DNA of 24,212 nucleotides from a virus (lineage: Duplodnaviria; Caudoviricetes): positions 1 through 24,212 of the IMG/VR virus record IMGVR_UViG_3300017548_000019. One strand, 5' to 3'. The translations under genes were made by a program, and so were the position numbers. The notes below the pieces were generated by a model. That model was given only the letters and a program-made list of their open reading frames with translations, did no database searches and had not been told where the DNA came from. Shown piece after piece: positions 1-7,752 of the stretch. Position 1 is the stretch's first letter. Each line of letters begins with the position of its first letter.

Positions 1-684
1 CAGCAGCGCTCCCGTGTTGAGCGTGCCAGCGGCTGCCGCCCTGGATACCGCGACTATCGCGAGTCGAATGGCCGTGGCCAATGCCGCCGACGATGAACTG
101 ATGCCTGCAGCATTGGCCGCGAGCCTGATGCCGCTACTGAGCGCAGCGGATGCCGACGCAAGGCCTGTCGCGTCTGCAGACATCCCGGAGCCCGAGCCGG
201 ATGCGGTAACCAGGTAGATCGAAACGTCAAGGTCGTGACCAGCGTCGTGATCGTAGTTGGTGGCAAAGTTGCCCAACGTGGGCCATGTGACCTCGCCATC
301 GTTGAAGTACGAACGATAGAGGTCCGGATTATCCTCGACAGTATCCGTCGCGACGAGGATGGTGTTTCCGCCGCCAGGAATACCTTCGGCACAAATCACC
401 ACCCAGTATTCACCCGGAACGACGTCGCCAGTCATCGACCACGCGCGCCATGCGCCTACCGTGTCCGTGAACCCCGGCAGCTCCGCAGATTCGTGAGCGA
501 TGGAGTCGTCGGCCACATGCAGTAGGACAGCCTTCGTCCCATTGGCCGCACTGCCTTCAGTCTTGACGTGAGCACGGATCTCGACCAGTGGCTCTGTTTC
601 GGTGATCGTGATTTTGCGAGCACGGCGGCGCGCTTCGAATTCAATGTACGTTGCGCCTACCGTTGTCCGGCCGTGCTCAGCCAT
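1..684 (-). CDS. Putative virion-associated/fibre protein with 20-aa Ala-rich repeats; 3' end runs off the window (not in ORF track)
   Basis: ATG at 684 directly follows the TAA of the upstream gene (TAAATG); 228 open codons, MAEHGRTTVGATYIEFEARRRARKITI...AALSSGIRLAANAAGISSSSAALATAIRLAIVAVSRAAAAGTLNTGALL. Confidence 0.8.
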   Translation of the reverse strand, partial: MAEHGRTTVGATYIEFEARRRARKITITETEPLVEIRAHVKTEGSAANGTKAVLLHVADDSIAHESAELPGFTDTVGAWRAWSMTGDVVPGEYWVVICAEGIPGGGNTILVATDTVEDNPDLYRSYFNDGEVTWPTLGNFATNYDHDAGHDLDVSIYLVTASGSGSGMSADATGLASASAALSSGIRLAANAAGISSSSAALATAIRLAIVAVSRAAAAGTLNTGALL

Positions 685-2346
685 TTATCCAGCGCTCCCC
701 AAAGGGCGAATGCCGATCTGCTCGCTCGGGACAACCCATGCGCCCATGTCGCACGGTGCCGATGTTCCCGCGCCATTGAGGTTGAGGAAGTCCAAGCCAG
801 CGTTACGCGCGGGCGAGGCCGGTCCGAGCTTCCCGAGATCGGGGCTGCCCCACGCCGAGGAAACAAGCTGCGCGTTCGCGTTGATGCTGTTGCGATCGTA
901 GGGGGTGTTTGCAACCCACTGCGCAAGTGTCTGAGTGCCAGCGCCACGCCCAGCGATGTATCCCCACTGGCTAGCCTGGCTGATATTGTGAGATCGCGAT
1001 TGGACGGCGGAGTCATTCTCCACGCTATAAGGTGACTTAAACAGCGGCACAGCCGTCCCGACATGGACGTTGTTATGGATTCGCCAACCGGAGCCGATGC
1101 TGATCGCGTAGAGGTCTGCATGCAGACCAACGAAATCGTCGCTACTTACGAGATTGATGGCCGTATTGTTGATGATGTCCACGTCGCGGGTTGGGTATCC
1201 GCCCTGGTTCATGGTGCGTACCGCGCAGTTCCCGCCGACGAAAATGTTCTGATAGACCTGATTGCGGCCGAGCGTGCCATCGGTGTCCATGTATGCCACG
1301 CCGCCGGAGTTCCCGCGATTCGCGGTGCGGACCAAGTTGCGACGGAACACGATGCCGCCGTGGAGTGGCCTTGCAGAGCCTGCCCCCTTGCATGTCATCG
1401 CAAATTGATTCCAGTCGAAATAACAATGCTCGACCAGCAGCAGTCCAGTCGTCTGCGATGGATTGTTGTTCGTGCTGAACAACTGGATACCTTGCTGGGA
1501 GCCGTTGCTTCCGATACCGCTGTACTGCTCGATCCAGCAGTCGCTGACGACGTTGTATCGGCAGGCGGATCCTTCAAACCTGATGGCCGCCTGATTGTTT
1601 TCAGCTTGCGGCCAACTGAACTGTCCGCGGGAAATCCGCATGTAGGAAAGGCGGTTGAATGCTCCGCTGACAACGACTGGGCCAGTATCCGGCGTGCTTG
1701 GCGCCTGATCCTCGTTGATGTTCCAACCGACCCAGCAGTGACCTGTACTCAGCCCCAAGACGGGACATCCACTGCCCTGCTGCGTGCCAGTGTGTTGCAG
1801 GTTACTGCGGCCCACCGAGGACACGGCCGCGTAGTTCTCGGTGAAAAATATAATCGGATTACTCTCGGTTCCATTCGCCGCGATCCGAAACGTGGGCTCG
1901 AAGCGCGATGCTCGATTTGGGCCGATGTAATCGCCTGGCAGCCCTTTGACGTGCCAGCCCGGCTGTGCGAGCGCGCAGGCCTGCTGCAAGGTGAACGGGT
2001 TGGAGATCGTTCCGATACCAGAACCTCCGGCGTCCGGCGCGACATAGTGAGTGGCCTGCAGTCCATCGGTCGGGAACGCCGCGGATGCAAAGGCCCTGGC
2101 GTTCGCCAGCGCCGCCAACCGAATTGCCGTCGACAGGCCACCCGCAGCACCCGCGCGACCGAGCGCGAGACCACCCAAACGGATCTGAGCCCCGAACGCA
2201 CCAGTAGCAGCCGCGATCGCTTCCGCGTGCGCGACCAGCTCCGCACCCGTGACGGGTTTGTCTCCGTGCGGATAGCGCAGGTGATAGTGCCCGTCGTAAC
2301 TCAGCGCGAAGGCCGGTACGACGAGGCGTGAGGGACGATTCGCCAT
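685..2346 (-). CDS. Right-handed parallel beta-helix (pectate lyase PL9-like) protein, probable depolymerase/adhesin, with N-terminal Ala-rich repeats
   Basis: YVAPDAGGSGIGTISNPFTLQQA...AQPG...PGDY start motif of PL9/DUF1565-like proteins; Asn-ladder strands (VYQNIF, IINNT, IHNNV); C-terminal LGPASPARNAG...DMGAW resembles choice-of-anchor Q. Confidence 0.8.
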   Translation of the reverse strand: MANRPSRLVVPAFALSYDGHYHLRYPHGDKPVTGAELVAHAEAIAAATGAFGAQIRLGGLALGRAGAAGGLSTAIRLAALANARAFASAAFPTDGLQATHYVAPDAGGSGIGTISNPFTLQQACALAQPGWHVKGLPGDYIGPNRASRFEPTFRIAANGTESNPIIFFTENYAAVSSVGRSNLQHTGTQQGSGCPVLGLSTGHCWVGWNINEDQAPSTPDTGPVVVSGAFNRLSYMRISRGQFSWPQAENNQAAIRFEGSACRYNVVSDCWIEQYSGIGSNGSQQGIQLFSTNNNPSQTTGLLLVEHCYFDWNQFAMTCKGAGSARPLHGGIVFRRNLVRTANRGNSGGVAYMDTDGTLGRNQVYQNIFVGGNCAVRTMNQGGYPTRDVDIINNTAINLVSSDDFVGLHADLYAISIGSGWRIHNNVHVGTAVPLFKSPYSVENDSAVQSRSHNISQASQWGYIAGRGAGTQTLAQWVANTPYDRNSINANAQLVSSAWGSPDLGKLGPASPARNAGLDFLNLNGAGTSAPCDMGAWVVPSEQIGIRPLGSAG

Positions 2347-2364
2347 GGCGATCGCGAGTTCGGC

Positions 2365-2544
2365 TTACGCGCCGGCCTTGCGTGCGGCGTCGATCGCCTT
2401 CTGCAGATCTTCGCGCGCGCGATCGTCGATCGCCTCGACGGTGGCGGTCAGATCGAACTCGTGCCGGCCGTGCGCCATGGCGTCGTCGATGCCATTCGTG
2501 AGGGCCTCGATGATCGCGCGCGCATCCACAACCTTGATTTTCAT
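2365..2544 (-). CDS. Small helical hypothetical protein, 59 aa (below ORF-track cut-off)
   Basis: GGAG RBS; MKIKVVDARAIIEALTNGIDDAMAHGRHEFDLTATVEAIDDRAREDLQKAIDAARKAGA; fills the gap between co-oriented genes. Confidence 0.8.
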   Translation of the reverse strand: MKIKVVDARAIIEALTNGIDDAMAHGRHEFDLTATVEAIDDRAREDLQKAIDAARKAGA

Positions 2545-2587
2545 CGTAGTGATCTCCGAATCGATGCTTGAGCAGTAAGGACCGCGA

Positions 2588-2989
2588 TTACTTGAAGATC
2601 ACGGCCAGTTCAGCGTTTGCCTGCGCGAGCAGGCGCTCGGTCGCAGCCTCGTCGCCCCGGCACTTGGCCGTGCGATCGTCCTGGCGGCATGCAGCCTTCG
2701 CGCGATCGAGCAGAGAGCGCACGTTGTCGGCACGCTTCTGCAGCACCTCCGCGCGGTCGACGCCGATACGGCCATTGCGCAGGTCGGTCAGCACGGTGCG
2801 GCGAGCGATCGCCAGCCGCGTGACGGACGGCGCGCGCTTCCATTCGAAGCTGCCAAAGGTTGCGAGCGTGGCGGTCATGTGAACGCCAGAGCCGACCTGA
2901 GCATTGGCTTCGATCGGCTCGATAGCCGGCGGAGCTGCGGAGACAGCCGCGCTGACCAGCAGCGCGGCGCAAGCGAGAATGACTTTCAT
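2588..2989 (-). CDS. Exported alpha-helical hypothetical protein, 133 aa
   Basis: GAGG RBS; Sec-type signal peptide MKVILACAALLVSAAVSA; two C-terminal Cys, possibly a disulfide. Confidence 0.8.
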   Translation of the reverse strand: MKVILACAALLVSAAVSAAPPAIEPIEANAQVGSGVHMTATLATFGSFEWKRAPSVTRLAIARRTVLTDLRNGRIGVDRAEVLQKRADNVRSLLDRAKAACRQDDRTAKCRGDEAATERLLAQANAELAVIFK

Positions 2990-3030
2990 GGGAACCTCGT
3001 TCGGTGCGTGAGTGAGGGCGGCAGTTCAGA

Positions 3031-3555
3031 TCAGTTGTCGATCTGGAATGTGAGCGCACCGGCCGCGAAGGACGGCGCCGCGTCACCGTTGTTCACCGTC
3101 TTCGAGGCGGTCAGCGCGGTTCGAAACAACACGTTGCCACCGGTGCTCGCATCGAATACGCAGACCTCGACGATCGAGCCCCAGTTGCCGGTGGGCGCGG
3201 CGAAGGTGATCGCGTTGTTGTTCGAAGTCGTGCCGGACGTGCCGCTCGATGCAACAGTGCTGCCGCTCGACTGCGTGCCCGCCCAGTTCGCCAGAGTCGA
3301 AGTGACCGCGACTCGCGCGTACGAACCGCCGGAAACTTCGGTACCGCATGCCGCATCACTGCCAGCCGTGACTGCGAGGCCGACGTAAGTCGTCGTTGGC
3401 ATCGAATACGTCTGGCCGCGCAGCAGCGCGTCGACGAGCCGGTTTTCGAGGTAGTTGGCCATCGCATCGGCGCCCGCTGTCTGCGGTGCGAGCGAAACAA
3501 ACATCGACACCGCGATCAGCAGCGGCGCGAGCAATCGATTCATCAGCTTCTTCAT
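3031..3555 (-). CDS. Gp80-like phage structural protein (family often annotated 'tail fiber protein') with an N-terminal signal peptide, 174 aa
   Basis: Motifs MANYLENRLVD..LRG, EVSGGSYARVAV, NNNAITFAAPTGNWG, FDASTGGNVL, LTASKTVNNGD...F.AGAL; GGAG RBS supports ATG 3555 rather than 3627. Confidence 0.8.
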   Translation of the reverse strand: MKKLMNRLLAPLLIAVSMFVSLAPQTAGADAMANYLENRLVDALLRGQTYSMPTTTYVGLAVTAGSDAACGTEVSGGSYARVAVTSTLANWAGTQSSGSTVASSGTSGTTSNNNAITFAAPTGNWGSIVEVCVFDASTGGNVLFRTALTASKTVNNGDAAPSFAAGALTFQIDN

Positions 3556-3579
3556 GGTCGTCTCCAGTTTGAGGGCGGA

Positions 3580-3606
3580 AATAAAAAAGCCCGCGCGGGG
3601 GCGGGC
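3580..3606 (-). terminator. Intrinsic terminator between the minor head gene and the Gp80-like gene
   Basis: Minus strand GCCCGC-ccccgc-GCGGGC-TTTTTTATT. Confidence 0.75.
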
Positions 3607-3636
3607 GAGATTCACACGTGTCGTCAACAGCTACAG

Positions 3637-4440
3637 TCAAATTTCAGGTAACACCGGCTCGGGCCAGCAGCGGCAATTCCAAATCTGTCCGGCGTGAAAA
3701 TTCATGATGCGGCCGCCTTCGTCGACCGCTGGCGGGCTCGCCCATTTGCACGACGTGCCCTCCATAGCCTTATGTCCAGGCCGCACTGCGCCGTCACGGC
3801 TGGTGCGCCAGATGTACTCCCCGATGCCGACGTGAGAGCAGCGCGACTCCACCAGCACGGACGCCGTCCGGCTCACCTCGGTGCGCGCGATCAGAATCGC
3901 TCGGCTCTCGGCCACGTCGCCCGATGCGCGAATGCCCTCGACGAACTCGTTGAACCGCGTCGAGTCCTCCAAGCCTTTCAGCGTGAGCTCGTGCACGCAC
4001 CGGCCAGCTTCGATCGGGATCGAGCGGATCAGCTCGACCTGATCTGAAAGCCGCTCGCGCATCGTCTCGCCGACGGGGGCGTGAAGGATCTCGTCGCGCA
4101 GCCCTCGCGATATCGCATTGCCGAGCGCACGCCACGATTCGCGATCGCGCGCATCGATTTCGCCGAGCATCTGGCCTGCCGTTCGCTCTGCCCAAGGCGT
4201 AAGCGCTTCGGCGTACCGCTGCAGCAGCTGCTCGAGCGACGGGAACGCGTTGATATCACCCGGCTCGAAGCCGTTGATGATCTCTCCGACGTGCCTCGCG
4301 ACCTGGCGCAAATGGCGCGAGTACTCGCGCTCAGCCCTCGCTGTCTTTGTCGGTCCCTTCCTTCCGCTCGCCTGGTTTCTTTTCCGGTCCAGGGTCAGGA
4401 AGCTTGAGACCGAGGCTTTCTGGGCTGGGAGGTGGATCAC
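3637..4440 (-). CDS. Phage minor head morphogenesis protein (SPP1 gp7/Mu gpF family)
   Basis: RAILIARTEVSR, YIWRTSRDGAVRPGH, HAGQIWNCRCWPEPV motifs; follows portal; start uncertain (overlaps portal 3' end). Confidence 0.92.
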   Translation of the reverse strand: MIHLPAQKASVSSFLTLDRKRNQASGRKGPTKTARAEREYSRHLRQVARHVGEIINGFEPGDINAFPSLEQLLQRYAEALTPWAERTAGQMLGEIDARDRESWRALGNAISRGLRDEILHAPVGETMRERLSDQVELIRSIPIEAGRCVHELTLKGLEDSTRFNEFVEGIRASGDVAESRAILIARTEVSRTASVLVESRCSHVGIGEYIWRTSRDGAVRPGHKAMEGTSCKWASPPAVDEGGRIMNFHAGQIWNCRCWPEPVLPEI

Positions 4441-5776
4441 TCTCGGCCTCCTTGATGTCCTTGTCGTCGATGTTCGAGAAGGCGCCAGTGATCGGCGCGA
4501 GCTGCTTCAGTTCGCGCAGAGCTGTCGCGCGGTTGATGATGTGCGAATCGAACGCACCCTGGACCGCACTCGTTACTGCGACGGTAACGTTCGCACGCTG
4601 CTCCTCGGACAGTTGCCACAGCGGATTGAAGCTGATCCCGAAGCCCTTCGACGGCTCGCGGCCAAACTTGGAGCGATACGCGAGCTGATACACCTTCTCG
4701 ACGCCGCTGCGCAGTCTCGACTCCTGCTGCTGCTTGACGTTGTCGTAGTAGGTGCGCAGATCCGATTCGCCGGTCGCGTTCAGTCCGGCGGGCGACTGCC
4801 CAAACAGACGCACCAACGGAATACCAGTGGCGCCGGACAGCTGCTGGCCCATCTGCAGCAGCACGTTGTCGAGGCCGCTGAACGTGTACTGATGCGCTTC
4901 GAACTCGTCCTCCGCATCCATGAGGGTCATGCCCTCGTTGCTCTGGAAGCGGCGGATCATGTCGATCTGCTTGACCAGGCCATCGAGCGCAGGCCCGCCT
5001 GCAGCGATGATCTCGCGCAGATCCTTGACCTTGTACGTGCGCAGGTGCGCCTTGTAGACGAGCTGTGCCGTGCCGGCCGTCGTCGAGTCGAACGCGACGA
5101 GTCGGTCCCAGAGGCGCTCGAGCACGCTCTGGCCCCAATAGTTCTCAGTGATCCGCTGCCAGTATGGCAGCTCGATGCCTTCGAGCCGGATCACTCGCGA
5201 GTAGTGGATGCGATCGCGCGGCAGACCGAGTTCCGACTGTGGCAGCACCATGTCGTAGAACCGCGGCTTCCCGAGGTCGGGCCCGAACTCGGTGACCAGG
5301 TCGGTCAGACTCGGAACCACAGCCCAGCGATCGAGCGGTAGCAGCCCCTTGAATTGACCTTTGTCGATGGTGTCCAAACGTAACGGCGTCGACAGGTTCT
5401 GACCGTCGACCAGCATCACAGCGAGGCCGCCACCATAGAGCCGTGCCCACTTGATGGACTCACACAGTTTCGACCACAGCTGCAGCCGCCCGACTTCTTC
5501 CTCCAGCTCCTTGCGCCTTTCGGGCGCATCGTTCGACGTGATGCTCACGCCCTCACGCGTCATGTCCTCGGCGACCGCATCGATCACCTGGCCGGCGATC
5601 CACGATCCGCGATAGACCCACTCCATCTGCAGACGGTTGCGCGTGACGGGGTTGAATCCGTACCTCGCGCCGTCGTTCGCATTGCCGGTGCCGATGCCGG
5701 TGCGCGTGAGGAAATTCTGAATCGAGTCGATCGTCGCGATCGGTCTCGACTTCAGCGTGATGTGCGGCTTAGCCAT
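4331..5776 (-). CDS. Phage portal protein (DUF1073/HI1409-type)
   Basis: YRGSWIAGQVIDAVAEDMTREG, WARLYGG, IHYSRVIR, GIPLVRLFGQSPAGLNATGESDLRTYYD, FNPLWQ motifs; lies between terL and gp7. Confidence 0.93.
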   Translation of the reverse strand: MAKPHITLKSRPIATIDSIQNFLTRTGIGTGNANDGARYGFNPVTRNRLQMEWVYRGSWIAGQVIDAVAEDMTREGVSITSNDAPERRKELEEEVGRLQLWSKLCESIKWARLYGGGLAVMLVDGQNLSTPLRLDTIDKGQFKGLLPLDRWAVVPSLTDLVTEFGPDLGKPRFYDMVLPQSELGLPRDRIHYSRVIRLEGIELPYWQRITENYWGQSVLERLWDRLVAFDSTTAGTAQLVYKAHLRTYKVKDLREIIAAGGPALDGLVKQIDMIRRFQSNEGMTLMDAEDEFEAHQYTFSGLDNVLLQMGQQLSGATGIPLVRLFGQSPAGLNATGESDLRTYYDNVKQQQESRLRSGVEKVYQLAYRSKFGREPSKGFGISFNPLWQLSEEQRANVTVAVTSAVQGAFDSHIINRATALRELKQLAPITGAFSNIDDKDIKEAESDPPPSPESLGLKLPDPGPEKKPGERKEGTDKDSEG

Positions 5777-5782
5777 GCTTTC

Positions 5783-7081
5783 TCACAATCTCGACCACAC
5801 ACCCGCAACACCGCGCCGTTGAATATAACCATCGAGCCCGTACCGAACGGCGTCCCAGCCGTGGTTGTACGCGTCGACCAGCACCGGCAGCACCTCGCTG
5901 GTCTGGCAATCGATCTTGTACGAATACAGCCGCGCCTCTTCCTGCATCTTCTTGCAGCGGCTGTGAATGTGAATTTTCCGGAACGCCTTTACGTGGGCGA
6001 TTCCGTCCTCGACCGATCCTGGCCACTTCTCCGCGGCAGAGATGTTGAATCCCTGCCGCCGCATGTAGCTGATCGTTTCGGGCCGCGCTGCGTCCGCCTT
6101 GATCGGCCACTGCCGAGAACCGGGCACCTTGTCGAAGAGCGCGGGCGTCTCGTCGATCTCGACGCGGTAACCGAACGCCTCGTGACTGATCCACAGCTCT
6201 TGGTACGCCTGGCCGCGCTCGTCCTTGTGATCTGTGATCCAGAAGCGGACCAACGCGGTCGGATCGTTTGCAAATCCCCAGTCGGCGCCGTAGTGCAGAC
6301 GTGTGCGCTCCGGCGGATCGGGGAAGTCCTCAACCACCACTCGCCGGCGAAACACCGCGGCGTCGCTGCGCGTCTGGTACCCGCCTTCCCAAACGTGGTC
6401 ATAGTCCGCCTGCAGCTGGACGCGCTCGTCGTCATCCTTCGCGTCGCGGATGAGCTGCAGCGCGTATTGCCGCTCGAGTTCCAGCTCCGGCGGAAACCAC
6501 GGGTTATCGTTCCAGTTGACGTGCACGCGCCGGCAGTTCGGCGGCATGCGCTCGATGAAGCGCTGTGAGGTGGGATCCGTTTTCTCGCGCGGGTTGAACT
6601 CGACCCAGATCTCCGAACCCGGCGCGCGGATCGTCGGGATCAGATACTTCCAGCTCTGCTCGCTGACCTTCTCGGCCTCGACGACGATGCAGATGTCTAC
6701 ACCTTCCGTCGATTTGATCTTGCCTGGATCGGTCTTGATGCCGGCGAAGATGTGCTCGGTGCCGTTCGTGCCCTTGATGACCTGCTCTTGCACGTCATAG
6801 TAGGGCCCGAGTCCGAGGCTATCGATGCGCGTCTCAAGCAGCCGATGCACCGATTCCTTGATCGAAGCCTGAGTCTCTCGCACCCACATGATGCGCAGAG
6901 GGCGAAGTGTGCCGAGCGTTACAGCAGTGCCGCCGAAGCCCCAGGTTTTCTGGCTGCCGCGTCCACCCTTTGCAACTTTGTAACGGCTTGGAACATAGAT
7001 CGCGCTGCCGTTTGGCCCCGGCCGAAAGAACAGCGAGCGGAGCTTCGGCGACAGCAGCTCATGAGGTTTCGACGCCGTCAT
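5783..7081 (-). CDS. terL: Terminase large subunit, PBSX family
   Basis: RYKVAKGGRGSQKT Walker A, LIPTIRAPGSEIWVEFNP, GADWGFANDP, IKADAARPETI, NHGWDAVRYGL nuclease motifs; ATG 7081 preferred, TTG 7120 possible. Confidence 0.95.
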   Translation of the reverse strand: MTASKPHELLSPKLRSLFFRPGPNGSAIYVPSRYKVAKGGRGSQKTWGFGGTAVTLGTLRPLRIMWVRETQASIKESVHRLLETRIDSLGLGPYYDVQEQVIKGTNGTEHIFAGIKTDPGKIKSTEGVDICIVVEAEKVSEQSWKYLIPTIRAPGSEIWVEFNPREKTDPTSQRFIERMPPNCRRVHVNWNDNPWFPPELELERQYALQLIRDAKDDDERVQLQADYDHVWEGGYQTRSDAAVFRRRVVVEDFPDPPERTRLHYGADWGFANDPTALVRFWITDHKDERGQAYQELWISHEAFGYRVEIDETPALFDKVPGSRQWPIKADAARPETISYMRRQGFNISAAEKWPGSVEDGIAHVKAFRKIHIHSRCKKMQEEARLYSYKIDCQTSEVLPVLVDAYNHGWDAVRYGLDGYIQRRGVAGVWSRL

Positions 7082-7667
7082 CCGCTGCTGGTGCTGGTGT
7101 GCCCGGCCCGCCGTCTGCAAAGGTGATCCCGATCATCGGCGGCGCGAGCGGTTTTCCGCCCGGGCCTGAGTGCTCGTGCTTCTCTACGAGCATCTTCTGG
7201 TACTGCATGAGCAGCTTGAGCGCCTCGACCTTTGGCGCAGCTCGCGGCTTCACGACCTGGCCGATCGCTTCACGATCCTTGCCCTTGCCGGCGAACAGTT
7301 GCTCGATGTCGCAGCCGATGATCGCGGCGGCGGCATCGTCAGGCCATTCATGCACTGGCAGCAGTTCGCCGGTCTCCGCGTTCAGCAGCGCCTTCGGGTT
7401 GAAGTACGCCACAGCAACGAGCTCGCGCAGCGTCCGCAGGTGCGTGACGCCGATCGCGGCGATCGCCTCCGCCTTCCGTTCCTCAATCGCAGCGCGAATC
7501 TCCGGCCGCGCCAGCAACTTCGATGCAGCGACATCCGGCCGCTTGCCCTTGAAGCCGGTCGCTATCATCGCCTTGGTGCCGACACCCTCACTCACCATCG
7601 CATCGACAAAGATCTGATGTCGGCGGCGCAGCTTCAGATAGGCGGTCAGGCTGTCTTCATCAGGCAT
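7059..7667 (-). CDS. terS: Terminase small subunit
   Basis: N-terminal HTH (FVD...TKAMIATGF...ASKLLARPEIRAAIEE), LRELVAVAY, KVEALKLL, EHSGPGGKPL; immediately upstream of terL. Confidence 0.88.
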   Translation of the reverse strand: MPDEDSLTAYLKLRRRHQIFVDAMVSEGVGTKAMIATGFKGKRPDVAASKLLARPEIRAAIEERKAEAIAAIGVTHLRTLRELVAVAYFNPKALLNAETGELLPVHEWPDDAAAAIIGCDIEQLFAGKGKDREAIGQVVKPRAAPKVEALKLLMQYQKMLVEKHEHSGPGGKPLAPPMIGITFADGGPGTPAPAADDGVETS

Positions 7668-7690
7668 AAAAAAGCCCGCTCAAGGCGGGC
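7668..7690 (-). terminator. Intrinsic terminator abutting the terS start codon
   Basis: Minus strand GCCCGC-cttga-GCGGGC-TTTTTT-ATG. Confidence 0.75.
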
Positions 7691-7723
7691 CAATCGGGGG
7701 AAACCAAAGGTAGATCTTTCAGC

Positions 7724-7741
7724 TGATCAAAATTTTGATCA
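7724..7741. repeat. Perfect 18-bp palindrome, IHF-site-like on both strands
   Basis: TGATCAAAATTTTGATCA; contains gATCAAaattTTG versus IHF consensus WATCAANNNNTTR. Confidence 0.7.
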
Positions 7742-7752
7742 CTCGGTACGCA

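Noticed and set aside
1063-2331. 422-aa plus-strand ORF
   Set aside because: Codon-aligned antisense shadow of the beta-helix gene; no motifs
4118-5341. 407-aa plus-strand ORF (and similar 5762..6568, 11285..12430)
   Set aside because: Antisense shadows of portal, terL and rdgC, expected in GC-rich DNA
4331-5776. Possible 'anti-CBASS Acb1' label sometimes attached to DUF1073 proteins
   Set aside because: Size, motifs and position indicate a portal; no 2H phosphoesterase HxT motif pair recognised
7724-7741. FNR box
   Set aside because: Half-sites are in the opposite order (ATCAA...TTGAT) to TTGAT-N4-ATCAA
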